From NCBI GenBank assembly GCA_023475235.1, contig JAMCWG010000005.1:7046-71045 (forward strand): a stretch of DNA of 64,000 nucleotides, read 5' to 3'. How positions within the stretch are numbered: position 1 is the first letter of the stretch; each line of letters opens with the position of its first letter. Positions 1 to 9,167 of this stretch are shown in pieces. The notes beneath the pieces are model-generated. The model was not told where the DNA came from. It saw nothing but the letters and a program-made list of their open reading frames with translations, and did not search any database. This DNA comes from Chloroflexota bacterium (lineage in GTDB: Bacteria > Chloroflexota > UBA6077 > FW602-bin22 > JAMCWG01). The translations under genes and the position numbers were made by a program.

Positions 1-1200
1 ATGCTGAGTCATCCGAAGTCTGCCGCGAAAACGGACCTTCTGACGCTCGATTCCGCGACTGTCGTGGACGATTACACGGTCCGCTTGAACCTCAAGTCTC
101 CTCCGGCAGGCCTCCTGGAACGACTGAGCGACCTGAACACGCAGCATCGCACGGCGATGAGCTCTAAAGAGGCCGTGGACAAGAACGGCGAGGACTACAT
201 CAGCCGCCATCCCGTGGGAACGGGACCGTTCACCTTCGCCGAGTGGAAGACCGGCGAGAGCATGACGGTCAAGAAGTGGGACAAATACTGGGAGATGGGC
301 GAAGATGGGCAGCCGCTGCCCTATCTCGATAGCATCATCTTCCGCTGGGTGGCCGACAAGACCGTGAAGGCGGTGGAGATCCGCACCGGCAATTTGGATA
401 TCGTCGACGAGATCGATGCCAAAGACTTCGCCGCCATCAAAGCGTCGCCAGACCTCGAGTTCGTAGAGTATCCCTGGTCGTCGCAGGTGCAGTATCTCTT
501 CTTCAACATGCAGCAGCCACCCTTCGGTGGCAACGTGAAGCTGCGCCAGGCCGCCCTCTATGCCATCGACCACGAGAACATCGCCAAGACGGTAGGCCTC
601 GGTGCAGGCTACCCGGCCTACTACTTCTGGGGCAAGGGCACGCTGGGCTACGACGAGAGCCTCCCCCGGTACGGCTTCCAACCCGACAAGGCCAAGCAAC
701 TCGTCAAGGACGCCGGGTTCCCGAATGGCGTGGACGCGAACGCGACCCTCATCGCCCGCGAGCCGGACAATCGCACGGCGCAGGTGATCAAGAGCATGTG
801 GGATGCCGTGGGCATTCGCACCGTATTGGACCCGATCGAGCGGACCGCAGTAGTCGCCAAATGGCAAAAGGGCGACTTCGAGGTCGGACTGTCCGGACGA
901 GGCTGGGGAGAAATGGACCCCGACGGGTACTCCTACCGCTTGATCAAGGAGGGGTCATTCAACTTCGCCCAATGGGATGATGCGAATGTCACCCAATGCA
1001 TGGCCGATGGGCGAAACACTGCCGAAGAGGCGAAGCGAATAGAGATCTACAAACGGTGCCAGCAGATCATCTATGAGCAGGCCCCTTACGGCCAGAGCTG
1101 GTACTTCCCCAAGAACGTGGTGGTCAACAAGAAGGTCAAGGGGTGGCTCACCACCTGGCACGAGGGCGTTCGCCTGACCTACGCCTGGCTGGACAAGTAG
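1..1200 (+). CDS. ABC transporter substrate-binding protein, family 5 (peptide/nickel type), 5' end cut by window edge
   Basis: Open frame from base 1 to TAG at 1198-1200. Clear paralog of the complete SBP at 37450-39138 (KWDKYWEMGEDGQPLPYLD vs RFDGYWEKGEDGKPLPYID; KLRQAALYAIDHE vs KLRQAAAHAMNRD; C-terminal AWLDK vs VWLDN). Confidence 0.85.
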   Translation: MLSHPKSAAKTDLLTLDSATVVDDYTVRLNLKSPPAGLLERLSDLNTQHRTAMSSKEAVDKNGEDYISRHPVGTGPFTFAEWKTGESMTVKKWDKYWEMGEDGQPLPYLDSIIFRWVADKTVKAVEIRTGNLDIVDEIDAKDFAAIKASPDLEFVEYPWSSQVQYLFFNMQQPPFGGNVKLRQAALYAIDHENIAKTVGLGAGYPAYYFWGKGTLGYDESLPRYGFQPDKAKQLVKDAGFPNGVDANATLIAREPDNRTAQVIKSMWDAVGIRTVLDPIERTAVVAKWQKGDFEVGLSGRGWGEMDPDGYSYRLIKEGSFNFAQWDDANVTQCMADGRNTAEEAKRIEIYKRCQQIIYEQAPYGQSWYFPKNVVVNKKVKGWLTTWHEGVRLTYAWLDK

Positions 1201-1258
1201 CGAGTCATTCCGCCTGCTGTCGCCCTTTCGGGGGTGAGGCAAGCGGTCGAATCCTCAG

Positions 1259-1286
1259 CCCCTCGTCCTCCGTGGAGGACGAGGGG
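1259..1286. terminator. GC-rich hairpin between convergent genes (possible bidirectional terminator)
   Basis: CCCCTCGTCCTCC (1259-1271) is the exact reverse complement of GGAGGACGAGGGG (1274-1286). It lies between the SBP stop (1200) and the stop of the minus-strand oxidoreductase (1355). There is no strong T-tract. Confidence 0.4.
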
Positions 1287-1354
1287 TTGAAAGTCCCCTC
1301 CGGCTACCCGGGCAACTGCCCGCGATGCCTGTCGGCGAACGATTCGCCTCCGGC

Positions 1355-2794
1355 CTATGCCCTCGGCAGGGGCGGCTCGGGCTGGCCCGTCTCCTGGGCA
1401 GGGGCAGTCTCCACGTAGGCCCCCTGGGCCGCGAGTGCCTCTCGCAGGACCTGCACATTCAAGTTGCGTGGCAAGACGCCCTGCTTGGCCGACATCGTCG
1501 CCGCTATGCCCGCCGCCTGCCCGATGGCGGCTACCGTGGCCTGGTTGCGCACCGACCCCAGGGCGTAGTGGTCGCAGGAGACGGCGCGGCCGGCGATGAG
1601 CAGGCCGTCCACCCGCATGGGGACCAGACAGCGGTAGGGGATATCGTATGAGTCGCCCCCTTCGGTAAAGGTGAAGACGTGCGGCCCGCCTTTGGGGTCG
1701 TGGATATCCATCGGGTAGGCCCCCTTGGCGATGCAGTCGGCGAACTTTCGTCCCGCGATGACGTCTTCCCTGGTCAGAATGTACTCGCCGACGATGCGCC
1801 TGGCCTCGCGAATGCCGACCTGGGGCGCGGTCCACATCAGGTAACAGCTCTCGAAGCCGGGAACTTTCTCCTCCCGCAGTGCCTTGACCGCGGCGAAGGC
1901 TTTCTTCCGCTCTTCCATCTCGGCCCGCGTCAGGTCCTCGGGGCTGGTCGCGTCGATGCCCGTGGTGCGGGTGAGATTCAGCATCGCCTCGCCCTTGCGG
2001 AGGCCGCTGCACGCCAGGACGATCTCGCGCTCGGCGTCTTCCTCGCCCCCGAGGCGGGCGCTGACGCGGGCCTGGAACCCGAGCACCGATGGCTCTACTT
2101 CACCCAGGCGTGGCCCGATCTTGACCTTGTTGTGGGTGGTGCCCCAGCCCCGCAGAGCGGGATGGCCTGCCTTGAGCGCCGCCAGCGCGCGGTCCAGGTC
2201 CACATTGCCCACCTTGAACAGCAGGGTGACGTTCTGGACCTGGCCCTCCTCATCGCCGTACTGGAACTCGGCGCCGGCTGAGGAAGCAGCATCGCCATCA
2301 GCCGTCGCGTCGACCACGATATCGGCCACGAGATCGCGCCGGCCGGCCTTGGTCAAGACCCTGGCGCCGATCACCCGGCCGCCATCCATTATCGACTGAT
2401 CGAAGAATGTGTGAAGGAGCATACGCACGCCCGCCTCTTCGCACATCTTGATCAGCACATACTTGAGCGTCTCGTGGTCGTAGGGGACGCAGGAGTACTC
2501 GATGCCGGCTGGCGACCCGGGCCCCCACTGCATATGCCGCAAGTAGCCCGGCGAGCCGCCCTCGGCCACCAGCCGCTGCACGATCTCATCGGGAATGCCC
2601 CGGACGACAAGGTTCGCGTGCCCGTCCATAAAGCCGTGGTAGGGATTGCCGAAGGTCGACGTGCCGCCGAGAAAGCCGTAGCGCTCGATCAGCAGGGTAT
2701 CGGCTCCGGCGCGGGCCGCGGCGATAGCGGCCACGCACCCGGAGGTCCCGCCCCCGATCACGAGTACATCAGATGTCTGCTGCCTGGTGCTCAA
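1355..2794 (-). CDS. FAD-dependent oxidoreductase
   Basis: N-terminal dinucleotide-binding motif DVLVIGGGTSGCVAAIAAARAGADTLLIERYGFLGGT. The ORF extends to 2848, but the TTG at 2794 is preceded by AGAGGGA with a 5-nt spacer, so I prefer it. The start is uncertain. Confidence 0.8.
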   Translation of the reverse strand: MSTRQQTSDVLVIGGGTSGCVAAIAAARAGADTLLIERYGFLGGTSTFGNPYHGFMDGHANLVVRGIPDEIVQRLVAEGGSPGYLRHMQWGPGSPAGIEYSCVPYDHETLKYVLIKMCEEAGVRMLLHTFFDQSIMDGGRVIGARVLTKAGRRDLVADIVVDATADGDAASSAGAEFQYGDEEGQVQNVTLLFKVGNVDLDRALAALKAGHPALRGWGTTHNKVKIGPRLGEVEPSVLGFQARVSARLGGEEDAEREIVLACSGLRKGEAMLNLTRTTGIDATSPEDLTRAEMEERKKAFAAVKALREEKVPGFESCYLMWTAPQVGIREARRIVGEYILTREDVIAGRKFADCIAKGAYPMDIHDPKGGPHVFTFTEGGDSYDIPYRCLVPMRVDGLLIAGRAVSCDHYALGSVRNQATVAAIGQAAGIAATMSAKQGVLPRNLNVQVLREALAAQGAYVETAPAQETGQPEPPLPRA

Positions 2795-3129
2795 CTTGGT
2801 CCCTCTATTCGGGGCAGGCCCAGGCCTGCCTTCGCTGCTAGGTCTCACTCGCGTGCGGTGCCATATGCTTTACGGGCTTCGACCGGGCCGGTGGTCGCCG
2901 ACTGCCCTGTGGGAGATTATCACCATCCTCGTTGAGGGTGCAGGCATCCCGGCCATCGACATACTACGTCAGCGGCTCACCCCTGTCAACAGCTCGACAG
3001 GAGGGGATCCCGGAGCGCGAGAGGCCCAGAAAGCTATGGCCACGGCTCTGCCCCCGGGCAGGCTAAAGGGGAAACAAGCACATCCTGTTATCGAGGTGCT
3101 GCGCCAGCCCTGACGGCTCGAGATGGAGG

Positions 3130-5625
3130 CTACGGGGTCAGGGTGCCCAGGGTGACGAAGTCTGTGTCAAGGCCCGTCGCGGGCGCCAGGATGGGGACGC
3201 GCGCTCCGCTGCCGGCATCGTACATCCCGACGATGAAGGTAAGGCCGGCCGGAGCGTTCTCCGGCAGGGGAATGGCGTGCAGGTCCAGCACCTGCTGGCC
3301 GGCCCGCCAGGAAGCGGTGGGCTGGGTCCCACCTGCCGGCATCTCGTCCTGCTGCGCGACCACCTTCCCACCGGCATCCAGAAGCTGCACGAACACCGTG
3401 TAATCCTTGTCCACGGTAGTCGAAGGCTCCCACAGCAGCGCCACCAGAGCGTATTCTTGCCTGCCGCTGCTGCCCGCCGGCCGGTCATAACTGACGGTGG
3501 AGAACTGGTATCGCTGCAGACTGGCGAACCCGCCGAAGCCAGCCCCCAGGGGCAGCAGACTACCGTCCCCTCGCTGGGCATGGCGTCCTGGGAAGGCGTA
3601 CCGCATATAGCGCACCCGTCCGTACCAGGTGGTGTCCAGCAGGTAGCCGTGCTGCCTGAGCCATCCCTCGTAGCCGTTGCGCCCGCCGCCCGGCCGCTCC
3701 GGGGTGATATGCACCAACTGCGGCGCGGCCGGAGCGGCCCGCTCCACCTCGGACAGCAGCCAATCCAGCCGGTCCAGATCGCCCTGGCCCAGCGGCGACT
3801 GCTCGCCGCGGCCGACGACGGGGATGCGGGTCTTGTTCGTGTCCAGGAAGGCGTAGTTGTGGGTGTAGTCGGCGAACAGGACACCGGCTACGGCGGGCTC
3901 GCTGGCATGGAGGTTGGCGGCCAGGCCGAGGTAGTATTCCTCGACCGATGGGAAGCTGCGGCGGAGGGACACGTAGCCGCTCAGGAGAACGGCTACGGCA
4001 GTGACGGCCAGCAGCGCAGCCGCCGTGGCCCGTCGCCGCGGGCGGATGAGCGACAGGGTGGCTGCGGCCGCCAGGAGGCAGGACGCAGCCAGCAGGGCGA
4101 GCTGGGGCCAGTCCACGCCGCGGCCCGCGCCGGTGGAGCCGCCGGGCACCCACGCGAAATCAAGTGACCGAGGGCTGATGTATCGGATCTGATTTATCAG
4201 GGGCGAGTAACGCCAGTCGGTGAAGGTGATGCCGTGGACATCTGGGTCGATCTGGTCCTGGTCAGTTAGATACAGCCAGGGGTCGGCGGCAACGCCCAAT
4301 ACCTGCACGCCCACGCTGGCGGCCAGCAGAAGCCCGAAGCCGCCGAGCAGCAGAGGATCTCGCCTCTGCCAGAGGGCCTCCAGGACGGGCAGAAGGAGAA
4401 GGACACACAGGGGCATCGCCGGCACCAGGAACCGGGGACCCCAGCCCCAGCCGCCCCACCACACCCACCAGGCGGAGTAGGCAAGCAACTGAGCGACCAC
4501 CAGCGCCACGAGGAGGCTCCCGTCGCGGGAGTGGCGCCGGACGAAGGGCACGGCGCCAGCCACCGAGGCCAGCAGCACGGGGGAATAAAGGAAGACGCTG
4601 CGCCCGGGGGTGAGCAGCAGGCCCCGCAGGCCCTGCCATATCGGGTTGGAGAAGCCCTCGTAAGGCGCGTACCCCGTGTGGAGCAGGCTGCCGAACCTCA
4701 GGTAGTCGTACACCCCAACTGCGGCCAGGAACGGCAGGAACCCGAGGGCTGCCAGACCCACGGAGCGGGCCAGTCGTGCCCACCGGCCATCTCCCTCGCT
4801 GCGATGCACCCACACCAGATAGCCCAGGAAGAGAGGCACGACTAGGGCGTTGCTGGGCTTGACCCCGAAGGCCAGACCTAGGAACGCTCCCACCAGCAAC
4901 GCGTGCAGCCAGCGCCGCCCGTCTCGAGCGTAGCAGAGGGCCCAGTAGACGGCCACCAGCAGGAAGAGGCCGCTTTCAGGCTCCGAGTACAGGCGCTTGG
5001 CGAAGGCCCAGGCGATGGTGCCCAGACCGAAGACCAGCCCGGCAGACAGAGACACCGCGGCCGAGTACCCCAGGCGGCGACCGCACAGGAAGACCATCAC
5101 CCCCGTGAGGGCAGTCACCAGCGGGGAGATGAGGAGCACGGTCTGCACATTGCCGACGTTTCCCAGGAGCATGGCCAGCCAGTAGATGGGGACCGGCAGC
5201 AGGGCCTGCACCAGCCCATACTTGGAGTACTGGCGGCCGTCCAGCCCGTCCTCCCAGGGGCGTGCCTTGTCTACGCTGGCCAGCGCCTCTATGTCGAAGC
5301 GACCGTGCTTGGCGATGTTCTCGACGGAGGCGAAGACGATGCCCTCGTCGGCGTCGACGTGCATATAGGGGGAGCGGGTGAGGAAGTACACGCTGAGCAG
5401 GAGGAGGCCGAGCGCCAGCGCCAGGCGGACCGTGCCCCTCCACTGCGTCTCGCGGGCTGGCCTGGGTGCGGTGCCTATGCTCTCTTCGAGAAGGGCTGGC
5501 GCCGCGGGGCGACCACTCCCCTCGTCCTTATCCCTTGATCTCAGGCTTTCCCCTCGTGCGTACCCGCCCGGCCGACCTGAGGAAGTCCGCTCCGGAGGCG
5601 GTGCCGGGCCGGAGAATCGCCTCAT
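3130..5625 (-). CDS. Large polytopic membrane protein, GT-C / ArnT-PMT (GT39/GT83)-like glycosyltransferase with C-terminal soluble domain
   Basis: 831-aa ORF with many hydrophobic helices after an Arg/Pro-rich N-terminus. The first loop (RSPYMHVDADEGIVFASVENIAKHG) resembles the acidic loop of lipid-carrier-dependent glycosyltransferases. The true start is uncertain. Confidence 0.65.
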   Translation of the reverse strand: MRRFSGPAPPPERTSSGRPGGYARGESLRSRDKDEGSGRPAAPALLEESIGTAPRPARETQWRGTVRLALALGLLLLSVYFLTRSPYMHVDADEGIVFASVENIAKHGRFDIEALASVDKARPWEDGLDGRQYSKYGLVQALLPVPIYWLAMLLGNVGNVQTVLLISPLVTALTGVMVFLCGRRLGYSAAVSLSAGLVFGLGTIAWAFAKRLYSEPESGLFLLVAVYWALCYARDGRRWLHALLVGAFLGLAFGVKPSNALVVPLFLGYLVWVHRSEGDGRWARLARSVGLAALGFLPFLAAVGVYDYLRFGSLLHTGYAPYEGFSNPIWQGLRGLLLTPGRSVFLYSPVLLASVAGAVPFVRRHSRDGSLLVALVVAQLLAYSAWWVWWGGWGWGPRFLVPAMPLCVLLLLPVLEALWQRRDPLLLGGFGLLLAASVGVQVLGVAADPWLYLTDQDQIDPDVHGITFTDWRYSPLINQIRYISPRSLDFAWVPGGSTGAGRGVDWPQLALLAASCLLAAAATLSLIRPRRRATAAALLAVTAVAVLLSGYVSLRRSFPSVEEYYLGLAANLHASEPAVAGVLFADYTHNYAFLDTNKTRIPVVGRGEQSPLGQGDLDRLDWLLSEVERAAPAAPQLVHITPERPGGGRNGYEGWLRQHGYLLDTTWYGRVRYMRYAFPGRHAQRGDGSLLPLGAGFGGFASLQRYQFSTVSYDRPAGSSGRQEYALVALLWEPSTTVDKDYTVFVQLLDAGGKVVAQQDEMPAGGTQPTASWRAGQQVLDLHAIPLPENAPAGLTFIVGMYDAGSGARVPILAPATGLDTDFVTLGTLTP

Positions 5626-5681
5626 CTTAGCAAAGGCTACGCACTGCCGTCAAAGCCTGGACCGGTGTCTGCCGAGGGATG

Positions 5682-6494
5682 CTACGCCGCTCTCTCCGTG
5701 ACGATTGCCAGCTTGCGGACGCGCCGGGTGTGCAGCAGCTCGGCCCACCGCACGTCCGCAGCGATGGTCTCGTCGCACAGCGATGCCCCCACGCTCGCGG
5801 CGATCGCCCTTTGATGGCGCGCATACATCATGGCCAGGCGTCCAGCCATATCCGCGTGGGCCGCCGTGCAGTCCTCGAGCTGTCGCACCCGGAAGCACGA
5901 TGAGCGAAGAAGCGGCAGGAATTCGTCCTCGGGGACCAGCCAGATGCCGTCGCCGCCGGGCATTCGTGCTCGCTCCTCACGTGACAGCGGTCGCCCCTCC
6001 TCCAGGGTAAAGGCGAAGCGGCCGCCGGGACATAGCACGCCGGCCACCTCGTGAAGCAGCGCGGCCTTGTCTTCGAAGGCGAGGAACGTCTCGAGCAGGA
6101 GGACGACGTCGAACGCGGCCGCCAGGGGCAGCCGGAGGCCGTCGGCAACCAGGAAGTGGACGCGCCTGGTGAGGCCTGCGGCGCGGGCCGTGGAAGCGGC
6201 CAGGCGAATGCCCTGCGCGGAGAGGTCCACACCCACCACACGGCACCCCGTTTTCCGCGCTAGGTAGAGGGCGGGGCCGCCCGTGCCGCAGCACAGGTCC
6301 AGTACCAGCGACCCAGGCGTCACGTCTGCCGCTCGGGCCAGCGCTAGAATCTCGCCAGCCCTCATAAAGCTTTCCTGGCCGATGTGCTCGCCCTCGCCGT
6401 ATGCCGCATCGCGGGCCCGTCGAAGCGCCGCCATCGACTGGACCCGGAACGCATCGTACCATTCGGTGCTTCCGTGTTCTGGACGACCAACCAT
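5682..6494 (-). CDS. Class I SAM-dependent methyltransferase
   Basis: Motif I VLDLCCGTGGPALYLARKTGCRVVGVDLS and motif post-II DVVLLLETFLAFED. ATG at 6494. Confidence 0.8.
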   Translation of the reverse strand: MVGRPEHGSTEWYDAFRVQSMAALRRARDAAYGEGEHIGQESFMRAGEILALARAADVTPGSLVLDLCCGTGGPALYLARKTGCRVVGVDLSAQGIRLAASTARAAGLTRRVHFLVADGLRLPLAAAFDVVLLLETFLAFEDKAALLHEVAGVLCPGGRFAFTLEEGRPLSREERARMPGGDGIWLVPEDEFLPLLRSSCFRVRQLEDCTAAHADMAGRLAMMYARHQRAIAASVGASLCDETIAADVRWAELLHTRRVRKLAIVTERAA

Positions 6495-6604
6495 GTTCGT
6501 AGGGCTCGACCAGCCTTTATGGTCAGGCGAGCGAGGGACGCACAGAACGAATTCGCCTCGCCCGGTCAGCGTCGAAGTGCAATTGTGGGAATGCCATCTA
6601 TATC

Positions 6605-7987
6605 CTATACGGGAACGCCCCGGCTCAGCATCGCCCGGTAGTACAGCGCCTCGTACTTCCGGGCAGATGCCTCCCAGGAGAAGTCGCGCGCCATCCCGCG
6701 GCGAACGAGGGCCCGCCAGCCTTCCGCGTCACAGTACGCGTTCAGGGCGCGCTCCAGCGTCGCCTGCAGCGACCAGCTATCCGCCCGGTCGAAGACGAAG
6801 CCCGTCCCGCTGCCGGTGCTGTAGTCGATCACCGTGTCGTTCAGACCCCCCGTGCGACGGGCCACCGGGACGCAGCCGTAGCGCATGGCGATGAGCTGTC
6901 CCAGGCCGCAGGGCTCGAACCGCGAGGGCATCAAGAACATATCGCAGCCGCCGTAGATGAGCCGGGCCACGTCGTTGTCGAAGGCCAGGACGACTCCCAG
7001 GCGGTCCGGGAAGCGGGCGGCCATCTCCTGCAGTATCTGCACGTAGTGCTCCTCGCCCTGGCCCAGGACCACTACCCGCACGCGCCCCTGCTCCAGGAAC
7101 GGCGAGAGCGCCTCCAGGGACAGGTCGATGCCCTTCTGCTCCGTCAGGCGGCCCACAAATCCTATGGTAGGCAGCCGCGGCTCCGCTGGCAGGTGCACCC
7201 GCTTCAGCAACGCTCGCAGGTTGACCTCGCGGCGCTCGGTGCTCTGCGCATCGTAGTGGGCTGCGAGCGAAGGGTCGCGGATCGGGTCATACTCGTCGTA
7301 GTCCAGGCCGTTGACGATGCCTGCCAGGTCGTTCTCCCGCAGCCGCAGCAGCTTGTCCAGGCCCTCGCCGAACTCGGGCGTCAAGATCTCCCGAGCGTAG
7401 GTCTCGCTCACCGTGTTCACCAGATCGGCGTAATAGATGCCCTGGCAGAGGAAGTCGGTGAGCGGGTCCGGCCCGCGGTAGCGCAGGTTATGGATGGTGA
7501 GGAGGGAGGAGCAGCCCTGGTAGGCAGGGTCGGACCAGGCGCGATTGCGCAGGCCGAAGGCGAGCGGGGCGGTATGCCAGTCGTGGAGGTGGAGCATATC
7601 GGGGCTCCAGGCCAGGCGATTGGGCAGCTCCAGCACCACCTGCGAGAAGAACCAGTAGCGCTCCAGGTCGTCGGCCTGGCCATAGACCGAGGGCCGCCGG
7701 AAATATCGCGAGCTTTCCACCAGGTAAACGGTCACGCCGGCGTTGGTCGTCTTCCAGACAATGGCCTCTTCGGTATGCCCTAGCGTCGTTATGGGGATGG
7801 TGGCGGTCCAGTCGCCGGGCGGCTTTCGATCGCCGTGCAGGGGCGTCACCAGCCGGACATCGTGTCCCAGCGCGGCCAGCGCCTGGGGCAGCGAGCCGGC
7901 TACGTCGGCCAGCCCGCCCACTTTGGAGTAGGGGACTGCTTCTGCCGCCGCGAACAGCACGCGGGCAGTACGTCTATTATCAGTCAT
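6605..7987 (-). CDS. glgA: Glycogen (starch) synthase, GT5
   Basis: N-terminal RVLFAAAEAVPYSKVGGLADVAGSLPQAL is the canonical KxGGL-type motif. C-terminal FLMPSRFEPCGLGQLIAMRYG. SD GAGG lies upstream of the ATG. Confidence 0.9.
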   Translation of the reverse strand: MTDNRRTARVLFAAAEAVPYSKVGGLADVAGSLPQALAALGHDVRLVTPLHGDRKPPGDWTATIPITTLGHTEEAIVWKTTNAGVTVYLVESSRYFRRPSVYGQADDLERYWFFSQVVLELPNRLAWSPDMLHLHDWHTAPLAFGLRNRAWSDPAYQGCSSLLTIHNLRYRGPDPLTDFLCQGIYYADLVNTVSETYAREILTPEFGEGLDKLLRLRENDLAGIVNGLDYDEYDPIRDPSLAAHYDAQSTERREVNLRALLKRVHLPAEPRLPTIGFVGRLTEQKGIDLSLEALSPFLEQGRVRVVVLGQGEEHYVQILQEMAARFPDRLGVVLAFDNDVARLIYGGCDMFLMPSRFEPCGLGQLIAMRYGCVPVARRTGGLNDTVIDYSTGSGTGFVFDRADSWSLQATLERALNAYCDAEGWRALVRRGMARDFSWEASARKYEALYYRAMLSRGVPV

Positions 7988-8188
7988 AATGATATGCCTC
8001 GTTCAATTAAGTATGTACACCATCCCGCTGCGGGCTCGGCCCGCAGCGGCGAGCGGGACGATCGTGGTGAAGTGCTTTGCCAGGTTCGCTATATAGATTT
8101 CGCCTAACCTGTACCGCCCCCTCCAGTTGCTTACGACTTTTGTGTATGCTACGCTCAGGCGACTCTCCTATTCCGAGTGTTTCGGCTT

Positions 8189-9133
8189 CTACAGGCTAAG
8201 TGCTGCCAGAAGCGGGGATCTCGCCTCCAGGATCTGGTTCATGCTCCGCTCGCATCGGGACGATTCCTCTGTCCACTTCTCCACGTCAGCGAACCTCTTG
8301 GCTCGTTCCTGTTCCGCCTCGGCTAGCTTCTTTGCAGCCCTGTCGGCTTGCTCTGGTGGCACCGAGTCGGTAAGCTGACGCGCGTTCGCGATCTGCCTGT
8401 CGGCGTAAGCGAGTCTTCTCTGCGCGTCGCTCAGTTTCTCCGAGGCTTCCCTCCAAGAATGAGCCGCCTGAACTAGGTTTTCCTGAACCTGGCGGACATG
8501 GATCTCCCCCTCCAGGAGATGGTCATCTCGCTCTGCCTCGCTCGTCAGCCGGGAGACCTCAGAGTCCAGGCGGGTCGGGAGCTTGGGAAGGCTTGCCCCC
8601 AGACTTACCGCATTATTGTAGACAACAAGAGCCGGCGTTATGACGTCTAGCAGCTGGTCGCGTTGCTTGATCACCTTCTTCTGCGCGTCGATCAGCCGTC
8701 CCAGGGCTTTTGAGACTTCCATCTCCAGTGAGTACCGGTTAAGGGACTGGCCCTGCCCCGCGGTCGCCAATCGGGCCTTGAACTGGTTTCTCTCTTTCCC
8801 GAGTTCGGCAACTGCCTTGTCATAGTCCGATTGCCGGTCCTTGAGAGGTTTGACTGCCTCATCGATCTGCCGTTGGGCCACCCAGCGGGGATCGCGAACG
8901 AAGACCACCGTGACTTCCTTCTTGGACCTGCTGGCTCCGAACAGGAGACTGATGCCGCCCGTAAGAACGGCTCCGGTTACCGTCCGGCCGACATTGATGT
9001 GACTACCGACACTGGACGTGTCTTGGATCATCCAGCCGTGCTTCGTAACCTCCTCCAACTCTTTGCGAAGGGATTTCTCATCCTTGTAGGTGGCTGCATA
9101 GGTAGCGCGGTTCTTGTCATCGTACCAAGCCAT
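8189..9133 (-). CDS. Hypothetical protein: small N-terminal Gly-rich hydrophobic domain plus about 220 aa of predicted coiled coil
   Basis: ORF sits between the GH57 gene and glgA. The ATG at 9133 (MAWYDDK) is preceded by GGAGGGG with a 5-nt spacer. The C-terminal two thirds are heptad-like and rich in E/K/R/Q/L/A. I recognise no family. Confidence 0.6.
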   Translation of the reverse strand: MAWYDDKNRATYAATYKDEKSLRKELEEVTKHGWMIQDTSSVGSHINVGRTVTGAVLTGGISLLFGASRSKKEVTVVFVRDPRWVAQRQIDEAVKPLKDRQSDYDKAVAELGKERNQFKARLATAGQGQSLNRYSLEMEVSKALGRLIDAQKKVIKQRDQLLDVITPALVVYNNAVSLGASLPKLPTRLDSEVSRLTSEAERDDHLLEGEIHVRQVQENLVQAAHSWREASEKLSDAQRRLAYADRQIANARQLTDSVPPEQADRAAKKLAEAEQERAKRFADVEKWTEESSRCERSMNQILEARSPLLAALSL

Positions 9134-9167
9134 ATTCCCCTCCATCAGTTCACAGCGAGGGCAAGCA

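Noticed and set aside
1240-1262. GGTCGAATCC, resembling a tRNA T-loop
   Set aside because: The surrounding sequence cannot be folded into acceptor, D or anticodon arms and there is no CCA-proximal acceptor pairing. It is part of the intergenic hairpin region after the SBP gene.
8117-9145. CCCCTCCA on both sides of the coiled-coil gene (8117-8125 region and 9138-9145) as a possible insertion duplication
   Set aside because: It is only an 8-mer, expected by chance at roughly 0.15 for flanks of this size. The right copy is simply the SD/start region of the gene.
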